Assembly: GCA_947494035.1 (NCBI GenBank)
Contig: CANLTN010000013.1
Location: forward strand, 24,423-88,422
Direction of reading: 5' to 3'
DNA length: 64,000 bases
Origin: an uncultured Pseudovibrio sp.
GTDB lineage: Bacteria; Pseudomonadota; Alphaproteobacteria; Rhizobiales; Stappiaceae
Each line of letters begins with the position of its first letter. The first letter of the stretch is position 1. Below, in pieces: positions 1 through 10,030 of this stretch. The position numbers were made by a program, and so were the translations under genes. Under the pieces are notes generated by a model. That model was given only the letters and a program-made list of their open reading frames with translations. It was not told the origin of the DNA and ran no database searches.

Positions 1-13
1 TGCTTGCTTCGCT

Positions 14-985
14 CTAGAATGTGCGCATGACCTGTATGACTGCAGGGCCGATAATGACGATAAAGAGCACCGGCAGGAAAAACAGCATCATGGGTACGGT
101 TAGTTTGGGCGGCAAGGCGGCGGCTTTTCGCTCTGCTTCCTGCATACGCATCTGCCGGTTTTCATCCGCCAGAACTCGCAGGGCATGCCCGATTGGTGTG
201 CCGTATCTTTCGGCCTGATTGAGCGCGGTCACCACATTCTTGACGCCATCCAGTCCGGTTCTTTCCGCCAAATTTTCGTAGGCTTTCCGACGCTCGTCCA
301 GATAAGACAGCTCAGCATTGGCAAGCACAAGCTCCTCCGCCAGTGCAGACGACTGTGCTCCAATTTCTTCTGCAACCTTGCGAAAGGCTGCTTCAATCGA
401 CATGCCGGATTCAACACAGATCAGCAGCAAGTCCATAGCGTCCGGCCATGCGAGGCGAATGCTCTCCTGACGTTTGGTAATCTGGTTCTGCACATAGATG
501 CTGGGTGCGTAAAACCCAACAGCAGCCCCAAGCAAGCTGATGAAAAGCACACCCAGAAATGCCATCTCTACCTGCATGATAAGTGTCAGGTAGGCAAAGA
601 TCAGAACTAAGAACGCGACAGGCATGACGATTTGCGAAAACAGATAGGTATATAAGGGAGATGAGCCTCTATACCCGGCCATTTTAAGCTTTTTAACGGT
701 GCCTTCGTTCGACAGAAGGTTCTTCAGATTATACTTGTCGACAAACTCGCGCACGCTTTCTTTCGGGCTGCTGCGAAGCGACACGCGTTCCATTTCTTTG
801 CTTTGCGAAAGGCGAAGGCGTTCGCGTGCCCTGATTTTTTCGCGCTCCAGAGCGACCGACTTCATGCGGCTTTTCAGTTCATCGCGCTCAAAAAGAGGCA
901 TCAAAACCGCATAGACTGTGCCAGACACCGCAAGCAGCGTGAGAACAACAACAAACAGATTGCTGTCAATATCTGCAATGTTCAT
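14..985 (-). CDS. tadC: Tad pilus inner-membrane platform protein TadC (T2SS F family)
   Basis: T2SSF motifs PDAMDLLLICVESGMSIEAA, QAERYGTP and AERKAAALPPKLTVPM; last gene of the cpa locus. Confidence 0.93.
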   Translation of the reverse strand: MNIADIDSNLFVVVLTLLAVSGTVYAVLMPLFERDELKSRMKSVALEREKIRARERLRLSQSKEMERVSLRSSPKESVREFVDKYNLKNLLSNEGTVKKLKMAGYRGSSPLYTYLFSQIVMPVAFLVLIFAYLTLIMQVEMAFLGVLFISLLGAAVGFYAPSIYVQNQITKRQESIRLAWPDAMDLLLICVESGMSIEAAFRKVAEEIGAQSSALAEELVLANAELSYLDERRKAYENLAERTGLDGVKNVVTALNQAERYGTPIGHALRVLADENRQMRMQEAERKAAALPPKLTVPMMLFFLPVLFIVIIGPAVIQVMRTF

Positions 986-995
986 CTCAGCGCTC

Positions 996-2015
996 CTATA
1001 TCTTAAAGTCGATCATTTTGCGCATAACCAGAACGCCGAGTGTCATCCAGAACAATCCAATCGCGATGAGGATTAGGCCGATGTCGGTCTCAAACAACAA
1101 CACAATGTAGTCTGGAGCGACGAAGTACAGCATGAGTGTCACCAAGAATGGAAGCGATCCAATAATCGCCGCCGACGATTTAGCCTCCTGACTCACAGCC
1201 CGAATTTTGCCCTTCATGGCCTTTCGCTGGCGCAAGGTTTTTGACAGGTTGTTCAGTGCCTCAGCGAGACTTCCGCCAGATTGCGATTGAATAGTGATCA
1301 CGATTGCGAGGAAGTTGGTTTCCTGCAGAGGAACACGTTTAGGCATATTATGAATGGCCTCAGCCATAGGAACGCCCATTTGCATCTTTTCGAGCACCAG
1401 AGAAAACTCCAGACCGACCGGATCTTTCGCCTCCGTGGATGCAATGTGAATGCAATCACCCAGTGGCATGCCTGATTTGATGCCGCGAACAATGATATCT
1501 ACGGCGTTTGGAAACTCATCCAGAAATCGATTGAACCGTTTTTTGCGCCGTCTGGAGACGTAAAACCGTGGCAGGCCAAAGGTGCCGACAAAAAGCAACG
1601 CAATTGAAACCCAGAGGGGTTGGCCCCACAGAAAACTAATTGCGAAGATGATAACGCCGCAAGCTATTGAGATTGTAAAGTACTTCAGTTTTGACCAGGA
1701 CAGACCCGCCTGCCCGATCCAATCTGCAAAAGCCGGCTTATCGCTCTTTTTCTTTCTGGCTGCCTGAGCAGCTTCCATCGCATTGAGCTGATCTTGAACC
1801 GACTTCCTGCGAGCGGTGACATCCACCCTTTGGGAGCGTCCGGTTTGATGGACGCCGCTACTTTGGATGAGACTTTCTTTTCGTGCCCCCAACTTGTCTT
1901 TTGACAGCAATGGGGACAAAAGTGAGTATGTCACGCCGACAACGCAGACCATGATCAAGGCGGTGATGAGGTAGTCTGCCAACGGCGAGGCAAGGAAGTT
2001 TTCCAGATCAGCCAT
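996..2015 (-). CDS. tadB: Tad pilus platform protein TadB
   Basis: FPNAVDIIVRGIKSGMPL and QSQSGGSLAEALNNLS motifs; start moved to the ATG at 2015 (GGAGGG RBS). Confidence 0.93.
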   Translation of the reverse strand: MADLENFLASPLADYLITALIMVCVVGVTYSLLSPLLSKDKLGARKESLIQSSGVHQTGRSQRVDVTARRKSVQDQLNAMEAAQAARKKKSDKPAFADWIGQAGLSWSKLKYFTISIACGVIIFAISFLWGQPLWVSIALLFVGTFGLPRFYVSRRRKKRFNRFLDEFPNAVDIIVRGIKSGMPLGDCIHIASTEAKDPVGLEFSLVLEKMQMGVPMAEAIHNMPKRVPLQETNFLAIVITIQSQSGGSLAEALNNLSKTLRQRKAMKGKIRAVSQEAKSSAAIIGSLPFLVTLMLYFVAPDYIVLLFETDIGLILIAIGLFWMTLGVLVMRKMIDFKI

Positions 2016-3486
2016 GCAGCCCTCCAGACACATCTGAAGCGTCCAGTGCCCGCGCTAGTCTTTCCTCTTCGTTGAAGTATCTTGCCCTTTCCCAGAACAG
2101 TGGGTGACCGATGCCCGTGGAGCGGTGCTGGCCGACAACTTTGCCATTAGCATCCTCACCGGTGATATCGTAGACAAACAAATCCTGTGTTGTGATGACA
2201 TCCCCTTCCATCCCAACAACTTCGGTGATGTGTGTGATCCGCCGCGAACCATCTCTGAGGCGGGCTGCCTGAATAATGATATCGATGGACCCCACAACAA
2301 TCTCACGCACTGTCTTAGAGGGGAGTGAGAATCCACCAAGGGCGATCATGGATTCAATACGCTTCAGACATTCACGGGGGGAATTGGAGTGAATGGTGCC
2401 CATGGAGCCATCGTGGCCGGTATTCATGGCCTGAAGCAGGTCAAACACTTCGGCACCACGGACCTCACCCACGATTATGCGTTCTGGACGCATGCGCAGG
2501 CAGTTCTTGACGAGGTCACGCATGGTGATCTCGCCCTCGCCTTCAAGGTTGGGTGGTCTTGTTTCCAGTCTGACAACATGGGGCTGCTGAAGCTGGAGTT
2601 CTGCACTGTCTTCACAGGTGATGATGCGCTCGTTGCTGTCAATGTAGCGCGTCAGGCAGTTCAGCAACGTGGTTTTGCCCGACCCTGTACCACCTGAGAT
2701 CACAGTGTTACAGCGCACACGGCCAATAATTTCAAGGATCTCGGCGCCTTCCGGCGAAATCGTACCGAAGTCCACCATTTGATCGAGAGTCAGCTTATCT
2801 CTCTTGAACTTACGGATTGTGAGCGCGGGCCCATCCAGTGCAAGCGGCGGGGCAATAACATTCACACGCGACCCATCGGGAAGACGGGCGTCACAGATCG
2901 GACTGGCTTCATCCACACGACGGCCAACCTGTGAAACGATGCGCTGACAGATGTTCATGAGCTGGCGATTGTCGCGGAAGCGGATATTGGTCTGCTCAAC
3001 CAAGCCAGCTGTTTCGATATAAACGGTGTGTGCACCATTGACCATGATGTCGGCGATATCATCACGGGCCAGCAAAGGCTCCAACGGTCCGTATCCCAAG
3101 ACATCGTTACAGATATCTTCCAGCAGGTCTTCCTGCTCGGAGATCGACATGACGAGGTTTTTCAGGACGATAATGTCGTTTACGACATCGCGGATCTCGT
3201 CGCGGGCATCTTCCGGTTCCAGCCGACTTAACTGGGAAAGATCGATTGCTTCAACCAACGCATTGAAGATGGAGGCCTTCGTTGCGTAATACTCCTGAGT
3301 TCTTTGAGGCTTCGGAGCGCTTTCTTTTGGTTTTTCCTGTTGCGGTTCAACAAGATGCGGTTTCGCGTTGGCTGTGTTTGGTGCCGGGGCAGCAGGCTTT
3401 GTTGTTTGCGCCTGTATCGCTGGGTTTACAGGAGCAGACTTTGGTTTTTTATTCCCAAATTCACCATTGCCACGTCTACCAAACAT
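2008..3486 (-). CDS. cpaF: Tad pilus assembly ATPase CpaF/TadA
   Basis: Walker A GGTGSGKT, LRMRPERIIVGEVRG, MNTGHDGSMGTIH. Confidence 0.96.
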   Translation of the reverse strand: MFGRRGNGEFGNKKPKSAPVNPAIQAQTTKPAAPAPNTANAKPHLVEPQQEKPKESAPKPQRTQEYYATKASIFNALVEAIDLSQLSRLEPEDARDEIRDVVNDIIVLKNLVMSISEQEDLLEDICNDVLGYGPLEPLLARDDIADIMVNGAHTVYIETAGLVEQTNIRFRDNRQLMNICQRIVSQVGRRVDEASPICDARLPDGSRVNVIAPPLALDGPALTIRKFKRDKLTLDQMVDFGTISPEGAEILEIIGRVRCNTVISGGTGSGKTTLLNCLTRYIDSNERIITCEDSAELQLQQPHVVRLETRPPNLEGEGEITMRDLVKNCLRMRPERIIVGEVRGAEVFDLLQAMNTGHDGSMGTIHSNSPRECLKRIESMIALGGFSLPSKTVREIVVGSIDIIIQAARLRDGSRRITHITEVVGMEGDVITTQDLFVYDITGEDANGKVVGQHRSTGIGHPLFWERARYFNEEERLARALDASDVSGGLHG

Positions 3487-3527
3487 ATTCTTCCGCCTTT
3501 GAAATCAACACATAATCAGCCAAAGGG

Positions 3528-4808
3528 CTATTTGCGGACTTTTTTAATCAGTGATGCTATGAGCGACTTGCTCTTTTTTCGTGTCTCGGCCTTGCCTGTC
3601 ACCTTCGCTGCGATTTCTTCAAACAACGCAGTAACAGCATGTTTGCTATCAAATTCTGCGATCATCTGACCGTTGTTCGAGGCTGTCCCGAATAACGCGG
3701 GCTCAAATGGCAGCGCAGCCAGCGAGACGACCTCCAATGCCCGACTGAACTCATCCACCTTGATTTCGGGGCGTTTAGACATGCCAACTTTGTTCAGAAC
3801 CAGAAATGGCTTTGCATCGTTAGGGCGAAGCTGGGCGATGCTGTCGACAAGGTTTTTTGCGTTTCGAAGGTTGGCCAGATCCGGCTCAGCCACGATCAGG
3901 ACTTCATCTGCATTTGCAAGGATATGACGCACCCACCCATTCCAGGTATGGGGCACATCAAGAACAACAGTCGGTGTTCCCTTTCGCATGACCTCAATCA
4001 GCTGATCGAACTTGTCGTTTTCAAAGTCATAGGTCTGATCAAGTGTGGCCGGTGCTGCTAACAAGCTCAGCCGGTCACTGCATTTGGCAAGCAAGCGATC
4101 TAGCAACGTGTCATCAAGCCGATCCGGTGAGGCGATGGCTTCGAGAACTCCTTGCAACGGGTCCTGATTGAAGTCCAGACCGGCGGTCCCGAATGGGAGA
4201 TCCAGATCGGCAATTGCAACGTCACTTTCCAGTGTTTTTGCTATGGACCATGACAGATTGTGGGCGACAGATGACGCTCCGCTTCCGCCCTTTGCGCCTA
4301 TGACAGCAATGGTGCGTCCAAACGGTTCGGCATCCGTGTCCGAATAAAACTGCCCTATCGTATTGATAAGCTGCGCGGTATTGATTGGACCGACTATATA
4401 TTCGCCAACACCGCGGTTGATGAGCGTCCGATACAGGTTCACATCATTGACACGCCCGATGACAAGGACATTGGTGCCTGCATCACAAACTTCGGCAAGT
4501 TGATCGAGTTCTTCGATCATCTCTTGTGCGCTGGACAAAGACTCCACGATTAATAGATTTGGTGTGGCAGCGCTTTGAAATGTCTCGATGGCAGCGGCAA
4601 CGCCACCTTGATGCACCATGGTGTGGGTTCGTGCCATGCGACGGTCCAGACTGGCATTCTGGATCGTGTCAGAGGTTCTTGCCTCCAAGCAATACGCCTG
4701 TACCGAAATACGTGGAATGTTCACGAACTGAAATTCAGAGGTCGACAGCTGACCGGAGTTGCTGATTTGTGTGGCCTGATCTGAACCAGAGTATGCAAAA
4801 TCGCTCAT
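3528..4808 (-). CDS. cpaE: Pilus assembly protein CpaE/TadZ (receiver-like domain plus MinD-like ATPase)
   Basis: Deviant Walker A GAKGGSGASS, DLDLPFGTAGLDF; position between cpaD and cpaF. Confidence 0.92.
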   Translation of the reverse strand: MSDFAYSGSDQATQISNSGQLSTSEFQFVNIPRISVQAYCLEARTSDTIQNASLDRRMARTHTMVHQGGVAAAIETFQSAATPNLLIVESLSSAQEMIEELDQLAEVCDAGTNVLVIGRVNDVNLYRTLINRGVGEYIVGPINTAQLINTIGQFYSDTDAEPFGRTIAVIGAKGGSGASSVAHNLSWSIAKTLESDVAIADLDLPFGTAGLDFNQDPLQGVLEAIASPDRLDDTLLDRLLAKCSDRLSLLAAPATLDQTYDFENDKFDQLIEVMRKGTPTVVLDVPHTWNGWVRHILANADEVLIVAEPDLANLRNAKNLVDSIAQLRPNDAKPFLVLNKVGMSKRPEIKVDEFSRALEVVSLAALPFEPALFGTASNNGQMIAEFDSKHAVTALFEEIAAKVTGKAETRKKSKSLIASLIKKVRK

Positions 4809-4819
4809 TTATTATCCCA

Positions 4820-5569
4820 CTAGTTCTGAGCAACCGAAGACACGTTTGCGCCAACGCCGGTTTCGTATTGACCCGCAGTTGTTTCACCTGCCCTGTTCCG
4901 CACCATGATCTCGTTGGTCCGTGCAGGATCGCCGGGTCCCATTGGACGCGGACGTAGCAGATCCGTCGGGTTAGCTACCATCGCTGCCAAGTTGGCCTGA
5001 GTGGCACAGCCGAAATTATAATAATCACGGTTCCGCTCATCGCCCCTCATAGCATCCGGCCAGTTGCCGCAATCACGGACAACGCCTTTGACGCGCATGA
5101 ATGATAAGCGAACAGGTGCGGATGCACTTAAGTTCGAAACGGGGTAGGTGCGCATAATAATCCGATCATGGCCGACCCCACCGCTTCTCAACGCTGTGCG
5201 GATGTGAGGAGAGATGGCTCTTACAGCAGCCTCATTGGCTGAACCGGATGGGACAAGGACCTCGACAAACCCGTTGCCGTCGGTTTTTGCCTCCTGACCA
5301 AACGCAGAGATAGCTGTTTTCAAGGAGCCATTGAGATTTCTCATATCGCCAGCAACGGGGATATCGAAGTTGTCAGGAACTTCAGAAATCACAATTGGAT
5401 GGCGCTTGCGATAATCAAAGTCCGCCATTGAGTGATCTTCAACATAGGAAGGCTGAGATTTACAAGCCGATAGCAGGAGGACTGTCCCTGCCAAAACGAC
5501 GAGGTTCTTTAGTGGGATTTTGTTTTTCATCGCAGGTGAGAATGGTCTTTGCATTTCACTTATCCTCAC
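4820..5569 (-). CDS. cpaD: Pilus assembly lipoprotein CpaD
   Basis: Lipobox LLLSAC, DYRKRHPIVI, NFGCATQANLAAMVANPTDL. Confidence 0.9.
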   Translation of the reverse strand: MRISEMQRPFSPAMKNKIPLKNLVVLAGTVLLLSACKSQPSYVEDHSMADFDYRKRHPIVISEVPDNFDIPVAGDMRNLNGSLKTAISAFGQEAKTDGNGFVEVLVPSGSANEAAVRAISPHIRTALRSGGVGHDRIIMRTYPVSNLSASAPVRLSFMRVKGVVRDCGNWPDAMRGDERNRDYYNFGCATQANLAAMVANPTDLLRPRPMGPGDPARTNEIMVRNRAGETTAGQYETGVGANVSSVAQN

Positions 5570-7017
5570 TCATAGATGTAGCCAACTTTGCCGTGATAAG
5601 TTCCCTTAACAGGCGCATCGGTTGATCTGTAGATCCGGCTCAGCTGATTGAGAAAGATTGTTGACTGATCACTTGGCGGGGCGAAATTATCGTCGGGGCG
5701 AGTAATCTGGGAACGGGCAATGGGCTTTACAACATACGGCGTTACAAAGATGACCAGTTCAGTCTGACGGTTGATGTAATCGCGGCTCTTGAACATGGTT
5801 CCCAGAATGGGGACGTTCTTCAGCCCAGGAATACCATCAACCTCCTGTGCGTAATTTTGCTTCAGCAGGCCTGCCATGACCAAAGTGCCGCCGGAGGGAA
5901 GCTCCAACACGGATTCTGCACGCCGGACCTTAAGAGCGGAGACAGCAACAGAGCCTGCAATGCTTACAGCTCCTTCAGAACTCAGTTCACTGACTTCGGT
6001 TTTTACTCTGAGTTTGATACGGCCCTCTGACAACACAACTGGTGTGAAGTCCAGTCCGACACCGAACGGTTTGAACTCAAGACTTACTTTATTGTCTTCA
6101 TAGGCAACCGGGATCGGGAATTCACCGCCTGCGAGGAAGCTTGCGTTTTCACCGGATACAGCAACGAGGGTTGGCTCGGCCAGTGTGCGCATGACGCCTT
6201 CGCGTTCCAGCGCTTTGAGCGTAGGAGCGATCGACCCGCCACCAAAAACCAAATCGCCTGCTAATCTTCCCGCATTCACAACGGACGGATTTGTATTAAA
6301 TGCTGGAGCGGTATTGAAGCTGGCATCAAGGGCACCGATCTTGATGGACCCTTGCAGGTTCACCCCGAGCTGCTTGATTGTCGTGCGCTCAACTTCGGCA
6401 ACCGTTACCTTCAGCTGGACCTGATCCTTCTCAGCCACACCAATCGTGTTGACGATCTTCTTCTCATCATTGCCGACAAATTTCAGCGCGATGTCATAGG
6501 CTTGCTGAGCTTCCAACGCTGAAACGGCTGTTCCGGACAGCACCACGCTCTCATTTACAATGTCTGTATTGATTGCGGAGTTGGGGAGCAGGCGCGCCAG
6601 AATCTTAACGAGGCCCGACGGGTCTGGCTGCACACTCAAGTTAAACGAGGCCAGTTGGCGGCCACCGTTGCCGAACAGGACAAGGGAGGCCTGACCGATT
6701 TCGTTGCCGAACACAAACACACGGTTTCGGGTGCGAACAACAGCATCAGCAATGCCCGGATTTGAAACCAGCACATCACGGACTTCTTCGTTGGTATTCA
6801 GAACAATCGAGCGCCCTTTCCCAACATTGAGCTGGCGAACCTGATTACTGTGCTGAGCGGTCACTTCAACGGTAGCTTCAAAGTTGGATTGCGCTTGTCC
6901 CGTGCCCGGCGCACCCAATGCCAAACCCAAGAGCAGCCCTAAGCTTAGGAGATTTTTGCCAAAGCGTGTACCCTTCGGTAAACCTCTCATCAGACCAAAT
7001 TGTCGAAGAAAAATCAT
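5566..7017 (-). CDS. cpaC: Secretin CpaC/RcpA
   Basis: LAEPTLVAVSGENASFLAGGEFPIP, KPFGVGLDFTP, GLKNVPILGTMFKS, TELVIFVTP. Confidence 0.95.
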   Translation of the reverse strand: MIFLRQFGLMRGLPKGTRFGKNLLSLGLLLGLALGAPGTGQAQSNFEATVEVTAQHSNQVRQLNVGKGRSIVLNTNEEVRDVLVSNPGIADAVVRTRNRVFVFGNEIGQASLVLFGNGGRQLASFNLSVQPDPSGLVKILARLLPNSAINTDIVNESVVLSGTAVSALEAQQAYDIALKFVGNDEKKIVNTIGVAEKDQVQLKVTVAEVERTTIKQLGVNLQGSIKIGALDASFNTAPAFNTNPSVVNAGRLAGDLVFGGGSIAPTLKALEREGVMRTLAEPTLVAVSGENASFLAGGEFPIPVAYEDNKVSLEFKPFGVGLDFTPVVLSEGRIKLRVKTEVSELSSEGAVSIAGSVAVSALKVRRAESVLELPSGGTLVMAGLLKQNYAQEVDGIPGLKNVPILGTMFKSRDYINRQTELVIFVTPYVVKPIARSQITRPDDNFAPPSDQSTIFLNQLSRIYRSTDAPVKGTYHGKVGYIYE

Positions 7018-7027
7018 AGTTTACCTA

Positions 7028-7807
7028 CTAATTCCCGTTGATGGACTGGGATGAGATCCCGTATTTCACAAATTTCACGCCGCCTTTGACACGCGGGGGC
7101 TGTTTTACCCCGTCCTCAGAATCGGCAGCACTGCGCAAGGAGAGTGAAAGCGTCCCCATCTGGGTTGCTCGGGCGATCGTCTCCGTCTCATGGGGCAATA
7201 ATTCCAGTGTCGCTGTGTGATCCGGTGACATGGCCTTCTCGCTGTTCTCAGAAGCTGTTGTGGTGTCAATCGCGAGCACCCTGATGTTTTCAAGGAGCGT
7301 CTCGCTGATTATCCCGTCATCGCGCTTCTTACCCTGCATGCTGACCAGTACGTCAACTTTATCACCGGGAAGAATGAACCCACCGGCTGTGGTTACTGCG
7401 TCTACCGGTACAGCAATGGCACGCTTCCCTTTCGGGAGGATCGCAGCCAGAAACCCTTTATCTGTGTCGATCAGACGTTCTGCCCGGATCGGTTCGCCGC
7501 CGAACATTTGTGCTTTCACAATCTGCCCAAGGAATTCCTGATCTGCCTGTGGGTTGGAGCCGCGCAGGATGACACCTTCGGATACGGAGTCCTCAGGCCA
7601 CTTTGCCCAGGCCAAATCACCGTCTATGAGTACTGTGCCAACCTTGAGGGCCTTTGCTGCTACAAGAATCTCGAGGGATGGGATCTCCTGTTCCTGCACG
7701 ACTATGGTTGGTGTCTGTTCACGGGACCCTGAAGACAGGTTCAACCAAGCGGCCAGCCCACCGGCACCTAAAGCGATAATTAAAACTAATAATCTGGAGG
7801 CCTTCAT
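7028..7807 (-). CDS. cpaB: Flp pilus assembly protein CpaB/RcpC (SAF domain)
   Basis: GKRAIAVPV, AGGFILPGDKVDV, LLENIRVLAID, TATLEL, GTLSLSLRS. Confidence 0.92.
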   Translation of the reverse strand: MKASRLLVLIIALGAGGLAAWLNLSSGSREQTPTIVVQEQEIPSLEILVAAKALKVGTVLIDGDLAWAKWPEDSVSEGVILRGSNPQADQEFLGQIVKAQMFGGEPIRAERLIDTDKGFLAAILPKGKRAIAVPVDAVTTAGGFILPGDKVDVLVSMQGKKRDDGIISETLLENIRVLAIDTTTASENSEKAMSPDHTATLELLPHETETIARATQMGTLSLSLRSAADSEDGVKQPPRVKGGVKFVKYGISSQSINGN

Positions 7808-8034
7808 GTGGCACCCACCCTCTGAGAGATTTGGCTATGCAGTATTTATTAACTCTAATTTGAACATAATTCGTCAAGACATAGTTAATATTCCATAGCG
7901 TCTATTAGTTTGTGATTTTTACTTGTACGCACAGAGACAATTGAGGAATGGGCATGAAGAGCAGCAGGTTCTAGCCAGTGAAACTGTACTAGTTTAAAAC
8001 ATTAATACTTTACTAAGATCTATTGTCTGCCCGC

Positions 8035-8547
8035 TCACAGTGCTGGAAGCTGGGCGAACCAGAGGGTGTTTGGGTAGACTTGGATTCCCGCAATTGCGAT
8101 TGCAATTCCATAGGGTACACCGGCTTCTTTATCGTGTAATTTCAAGAGCCAATGCTGTCCATGCATAAACTGCGGGAAGTATGGGACCTTGCGCAGGCCT
8201 AAGATGAGCAGCGTTAAAAGCCCTCCGTAGATGCTCGTAAGTAAAATGAAGTCCAGCATGTTGACGGAGAGGCCAAACCAGAGGGAGATTACGGCTAGAA
8301 ACTTCACATCCCCACCACCCATGACACCCAGCGCAAACAGACCGAAGCCGATGGCCATAACGCCAAACCCAAGGGCGAAGCTGAGGCCAACCTGCTCTAT
8401 CGGTAGTTGTAGCAGGACAGCGAGACCGACAAATGCAGCAGCAATAGCCAAGTTTATTTTGTTGGGAATTCTCATCGTGAAGAGATCAAAAAAGGCAGCG
8501 ATCGTAAGCAGTAATGGAAATATGATCAATAGCCCATTTGCAATCAT
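8035..8547 (-). CDS. cpaA: Prepilin peptidase CpaA/TadV (A24 family)
   Basis: FFDLFTMRIPN, MGGGDVKF and VPYGIAIA motifs; multiple TM segments. Confidence 0.93.
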   Translation of the reverse strand: MIANGLLIIFPLLLTIAAFFDLFTMRIPNKINLAIAAAFVGLAVLLQLPIEQVGLSFALGFGVMAIGFGLFALGVMGGGDVKFLAVISLWFGLSVNMLDFILLTSIYGGLLTLLILGLRKVPYFPQFMHGQHWLLKLHDKEAGVPYGIAIAIAGIQVYPNTLWFAQLPAL

Positions 8548-8654
8548 GTGGTGACCTCCGCTGCTCGTACCGTCCTATGGTTTTGCAGTGGCATTTGCAA
8601 AGAAGCTCTTAACACTTGAGGCTTTTATCTCCCAAGATCCCATTATTTACAATT

Positions 8655-8870
8655 TTAATTGGTCGGTTTCACCAATTCCCACAATTGCAGGTCCGGCTTC
8701 GTTTCAGATGCTTGCACGGTGTCATTGACTGGCAGAAAGTCTGAATTGGTGAGCCTTGGAGCGGATACCATCGCAAGAATAGTCAAGGCGACGAGCCCGG
8801 AGATGAAAGCGAACTCAACGCTTGCGTTGCCCACGTCTCGCTGGAGGAGACCTTTAAGTAAAGAGAGCAT
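8655..8870 (-). CDS. Flp/TadE-like pilin (atypical)
   Basis: Short leader, then G/NASVEFA with Glu at +5 and a hydrophobic stretch; sits directly upstream of cpaA, where pilA/flp normally lies. Confidence 0.65.
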   Translation of the reverse strand: MLSLLKGLLQRDVGNASVEFAFISGLVALTILAMVSAPRLTNSDFLPVNDTVQASETKPDLQLWELVKPTN

Positions 8871-9000
8871 CTAAACACAACTTGTTGTTATAGTTGCATC
8901 TGATGCTACTCTTCGCGGCTAAATCTTAGATTGAGTTGTGCACTCAACTTATTCGCGTATTTGGTGCTGCACTCTAAGGTTTCATCAAGAAACGGGCAGC

Positions 9001-9945
9001 CTAGTAACCGACTTCCAGATTAACCAGGTTTTCAAGCGCCTCGCCCTGTTCAAACCTCTTGATTTGCCGGGCGACATACTCAGAGAGCGCTTGCGGGTCG
9101 CTCGGTGCAGCGGAATGCGGGGTTATAATGCAGTTTTTGTGCTTCCAGAGTGGGCTGGTTTGCGGCAGGGGCTCAATTTCAAACACATCAAGGCTTGCTC
9201 CTTTAAGCCCACCGGATGTCAATGCGGCATCTATTGCAGCTTCATCCTGCGTCGCGCCGCGTCCGGCGTTGATATAAACCGGACCGCCCAACGCGCCGGT
9301 TTGTGGCAGCATGGCTAGTCGTTCTGCGTTTACCAACTTGTGCGTTGCTGCCGTGGAGGGCAGGAGGTTGATCAGAATATCTGTGCGCTTGAGGAAGTCA
9401 TCAAGATGGTTTTCTCCATAAAAACTTTGAATGCCTTCAACGTTTTTGGGGGTGCGCGACCAGCCTGCAACATCAAAGCCCAGAGATTTGAGTGCTTTTG
9501 CGGAACTCAGCCCCAGCTCGCCTAGTCCAAGAACGCCGACACGCACCTCTTTGGCAGCGGGCTGTTTATGGTCTTTCCAGATACCGGCTTCCTGCTGGGC
9601 GGCGTATGTAAGATGGTCGCGGTGATGAAAGAGTGTCTGGAAGACGACCCACTCAGTCATGCGGCTGGTGAGATCAGCGTCCACAATGCGCACCAGAGGA
9701 AGGTGGGGCAGCTGTGCTAGTGATGTCAGGTGGTCAACGCCTGCGCCCAGCGAGAAGATCACCTTCAGGTTTGGTAGAGCTTCAAAGACGGCGGGGTCGG
9801 GCTTCCAGGCGAAGAGGTAATCTACCTTTTCCGGGTCAGACACGCTGCTCTTCCAGCTCTCGATCTTTCGCTTGGGAAGGAGTGCTTGCAGCCGGTCAAT
9901 CCACTCTGCTTCGTTGACGTTTGTTAGAGACAAGACCAAATTCAT
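9001..9945 (-). CDS. ghrA: Glyoxylate/hydroxypyruvate reductase A (D-2-hydroxyacid dehydrogenase)
   Basis: SLGAGVDH, GVLGLGELG, INAGRG, LDVFEIEPLP, ITPHSAA; likely start MNLVL at 9945. Confidence 0.88.
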   Translation of the reverse strand: MNLVLSLTNVNEAEWIDRLQALLPKRKIESWKSSVSDPEKVDYLFAWKPDPAVFEALPNLKVIFSLGAGVDHLTSLAQLPHLPLVRIVDADLTSRMTEWVVFQTLFHHRDHLTYAAQQEAGIWKDHKQPAAKEVRVGVLGLGELGLSSAKALKSLGFDVAGWSRTPKNVEGIQSFYGENHLDDFLKRTDILINLLPSTAATHKLVNAERLAMLPQTGALGGPVYINAGRGATQDEAAIDAALTSGGLKGASLDVFEIEPLPQTSPLWKHKNCIITPHSAAPSDPQALSEYVARQIKRFEQGEALENLVNLEVGY

Positions 9946-10030
9946 ACGGCACCCCATTTTTGAGTGTGGTCCGGAAAGTTGCACCCACTGTTCGGACCAC
10001 TCTGTATTCTATCAATTTTCGTGTTTCGTT

